Positions 61,436 to 64,000 of a stretch of DNA of 64,000 nucleotides are shown here, piece after piece. The stretch comes from Nannocystis pusilla. GTDB lineage: Bacteria; Myxococcota_A; Polyangia; Nannocystales; Nannocystaceae. Position 1 is the first letter of the stretch. Each line of letters starts with the position of its first letter. Location of the stretch: the NCBI RefSeq assembly GCF_051105105.1, contig NZ_CP185339.1, one strand, 5' to 3'. The translations under genes and the position numbers were made by a program. The notes below the pieces were generated by a model that saw only the letters and a list, made by a program, of their open reading frames with translations, was not told where the DNA came from and ran no database searches.

Positions 61436-63344
61436 TCAGTCCGCCGCGGGCCCGAGGTCGAGGCCCGCGTGATACCAGTAGGTGGTGCAGAAGCCGGTGC
61501 CGTACACCGAGACGCCGACCGGCACGTCCGCGGCGACGGTGTGCTGGCCAGCGGCGCCTTCCCCGAGGTCGACGCGGGCGACGCCGTACGAGGTGCCGCC
61601 AATCGGTTCGAAGCCGGCGACGGCGAGCCCGTCGAGCGTGACCTCGGCGCCCGCCGGGGCGACGATGCTGACGAAGTTGCCCTCGTAGCCGCTCGGCATG
61701 TAAAACAAGTAGCTGTCGCGGAATTTCTCGGTGGGGACGGCCAGCAGCAGCGAGGGGTCGCCGAGGCCGCCGCCGTTGTTCTGGCTGCGCATGTACTGGG
61801 CGACGACGACCTTGGCGCTGGCAGTGACCCTGAAGTCCCGGTCGGTGGCCGCGATCTCGACGTAGCCGCCGGCCTCGGCGATCGTGGTCGGCGCGCCGGG
61901 CTGGGGCGGGTCGTAGCCGAGCTGGGTGTTCGCCTCGGTGGCGATGATGCGGACGAGCTGGTGCCGCGGCAGACCGGCGAGGGTGCTCTTCGGCGCGGCG
62001 ACGATGTACTGCTCGGCCAGGGTGTGGAACGGGAGCATCGACTCCTCGAGGTGATCGCAGGCCTTGATGCCATGCGGCACCTGCGTGCACAGGTGGCCGC
62101 CGATCACCTGAATCGGCTTGTCGGCGGTGATCCGGGTCCCGGTCACGTCGGCGGTGCTGGGGTTCTGTCCGGTGCGCCGCGAGAACACCTCGAGCACGTC
62201 CCCGCGATCGAGCACGACCTGGCCGGTGCCGTCGGGCTGCACGCCGGCGCCGGGGAGCACGTCGTCGCCGGTGGCCGACGGGCTCACGGTCACAGTGGTG
62301 CCGTCCTCGCTGGCGGTCACCGCGTAAAAGCCGGGCTTCTCGTCGTCGGCGTCGTAAAACAGGCTGTTGTAGGCCGCGACGACGTAGTCGTCGGACCAGG
62401 CGTGGGCCGGGAACAGCAGCGACGCGTCGTTCGAGGCGGCCATGTCGAGGGGCTCGACGCCGAAGTCGATCGAGCTGAACTGGGACACGGTCACGGGCGC
62501 GTCGGTGCGCAGGCGATACGCGCCGTCGACATCGTGGAGCGAGGTGGGAGGGGCCCCGTCGGTCTTGAGCTCCGGATCCCACGGCAACTCGAACACGGCG
62601 ACGCTGTGCGGCGCGACGGTGTCCATCAGGACGAGGGCGGCTCCCTTGTCGATCTCGACGTTAGCCGGTGCGTCGCCCGCGTTGGCGACGACGACCGCGA
62701 AGGCGAACTTGTCCTTGACGCCGTTGGCAGTGACTGTCGGGTAAAAGTCGCAGCCGAGCGAGCTGGCGCCGAGGACGTCCGGGGCGCAGGCGCCGACGCA
62801 CTTGCGGCTGTCGGCGTCGCACGAGAGGCCCTGCACGCCGTCGCACTCGACCTCGTGCTCCTCGCTGCCGTCGTCGTCGCAGAGCTTCAATGTCTCGCCG
62901 TCGCAGGTGGCGCGCCCGGGCTCGCAGTCGGCGCAGCCGATGCCCGCGATGCAGGCGCCAGGGCACGGGGTCTCCTCGCTGAAGCCGCCCAGGCCGTCGC
63001 AGACCTTGGCAACGTCGCCGTCGCAGACGACCTCGCCCCGGTCGCACGGCTCGCCGGTGGCGGTCACTGCGGTGGTGCCGGTGCCGGTGGTCGAACTCGT
63101 GGTCGAGCTCGTGGTCGAGCTCGAGCTCGAGCTCGTGGTCGAGCTCGTGCTGGTGATCGCGTCGGTCGTCGGGAATTCTGCGGTGGTCGTGACCGGGCCT
63201 GCGTCTGTCGTCGAGGTGCTCGAACGTCGACGGCGCGTCGGGGCCGCTGCCCGCCTCGGTGGCGGCGGCGAGCGGGTCGTCGCCGCACGCGGCGAGACAG
63301 CAATACAACAGGCAGGTGCGACCTATGCGAGGGGACAGCGGCAT
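61436..63344 (-). CDS. Secreted lipoprotein with a Thr/Ser-rich linker, a Cys-rich module and a large beta-rich C-terminal domain, carrying an apparent frameshift after the signal peptide.
   Basis: The signal MPLSPRIGRTCLLYCCLAAC (the 62661-63344 track frame) joins the body frame ...TTTAEFPTTDAITSTSSTT...VTATGEPCDRGEVVCDGD at approximately 63230. Confidence 0.65.
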
Positions 63345-63572
63345 GCGACTCTCCGGACGGCGGTGACGCGCCGGTAGAGTCGCGGCTCGGGTGATCGATC
63401 ACTGGAATTCGCGAGCCCGCGAACTTCGCCGTCGAGCGCCGTCGCCGGTCGGGCCTGAGCGGACGGCGCGAGCGCGGTCGCTCGCGCTCCGAACAATCTC
63501 TCGCGGACCGCGGCGCGACGATGTCCGCTGCGCTCGCGCACGCGCGGCTCGGTCCCGGTGCGCGCGGGAGGT

Positions 63573-64000
63573 CTACGCGCAGGTGCCCTTGGGCGCGCCG
63601 CACTCGCCGGCGTCGGCGCAGGTGCCGCTGACGCACTCGCCGTCGAAGCGGCACGGCTCGCCGGCCTGCAGCGAGGCCTCGCAGTAGGAGTCGCCGCATT
63701 CGGCGGGGAACTCGGCCTCGCGCTGGCCGTGCGGCGGCAGGACCACGACGCCGCCGGCGTCGAGGTCGTCGGCCGGATCGGCGGGGCCGCTGCGCTCGGC
63801 CTCGGCGCGCTCCCACATGCGCACGAAGGCGTCGGCCGAGTCGCGCAGCGGGGTGGTGTCGGTGCCGAGCTGGTCGAGGTCGGCGAGGAGGTCGGGGAGG
63901 AGGCCGATGTGGCCGAGGCCGGCCTCGTCGAAGCCGGTGCCGAGCGGGGCGGGGCCGCCGGCCAGCTCGTCGCGGGCCTGGCAGCGGCCCTCGGTCGGGA
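63573..64000 (-). CDS. C-terminal part of a Cys-rich secreted protein. The N-terminus runs off the right edge.
   Basis: The ORF is open to the window edge. The C-terminus is CGDSYCEASLQAGEPCRFDGECVSGTCADAGECGAPKGTCA. Confidence 0.45.
   Translation of the reverse strand, partial: PTEGRCQARDELAGGPAPLGTGFDEAGLGHIGLLPDLLADLDQLGTDTTPLRDSADAFVRMWERAEAERSGPADPADDLDAGGVVVLPPHGQREAEFPAECGDSYCEASLQAGEPCRFDGECVSGTCADAGECGAPKGTCA

Overview
This 64-kb window is about 70% GC and most likely comes from a myxobacterial (Myxococcota) chromosome. The evidence is two paralogous TPR-containing Ser/Thr kinases, a Myxococcales-type cysteine-rich-repeat protein, a fibro-slime domain protein, and more than 12 secreted lipoproteins with Ser/Thr/Pro-rich linkers. 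Nannocystis-like or Sorangium-like relatives are a low-confidence guess, because a sterol reductase and a 2-methylisoborneol pathway occur together. About 48 genes are called; the six-frame track is dominated by long Arg-rich antisense and out-of-frame artefacts typical of high-GC DNA. Housekeeping and recognisable genes include an MHS-family MFS transporter, a delta-9 acyl-CoA desaturase, rpiA, a GFA-family protein, a PQQ sugar dehydrogenase fused to cytochrome c, maleylacetoacetate isomerase, SDR oxidoreductases, TetR and LysR regulators, alpha/beta hydrolases, an MBL-fold hydrolase, an S8 protease, and an Lhr helicase followed by a Nei2-type glycosylase, as in the mycobacterial lhr-nei2 pair. 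The main finding is a minus-strand four-gene operon at 35947-41005. It encodes two paralogous Family 2B encapsulin shell proteins (HK97-fold with an N-terminal CAP-type cNMP-binding domain), a geranyl-diphosphate 2-C-methyltransferase and a 2-methylisoborneol-synthase-type class I terpene cyclase. This is read as an encapsulin nanocompartment predicted to enclose 2-MIB (odour terpenoid) biosynthesis. Other findings are listed below. A dispersed family of GC-clamped CATG-core palindromes (prototype GGGACATGTCCC) sits at nearly every convergent or divergent gene boundary. An ERG4/ERG24 sterol reductase is present. A TetR, rifampicin-phosphotransferase-like PEP-utilising enzyme and small permease form a translationally coupled operon. 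There is an orphan beta-class DNA methyltransferase. A 36-bp direct repeat flanks one gene. A 14-bp tandem array and an anomalous AT-rich island are also noted. At least five apparent single-nucleotide frameshifts occur in otherwise good genes, which looks like indel error in a draft assembly. No rRNA, tRNA, CRISPR or IS element was recognised. Coordinates of small motifs are accurate to about +/-2 nt.
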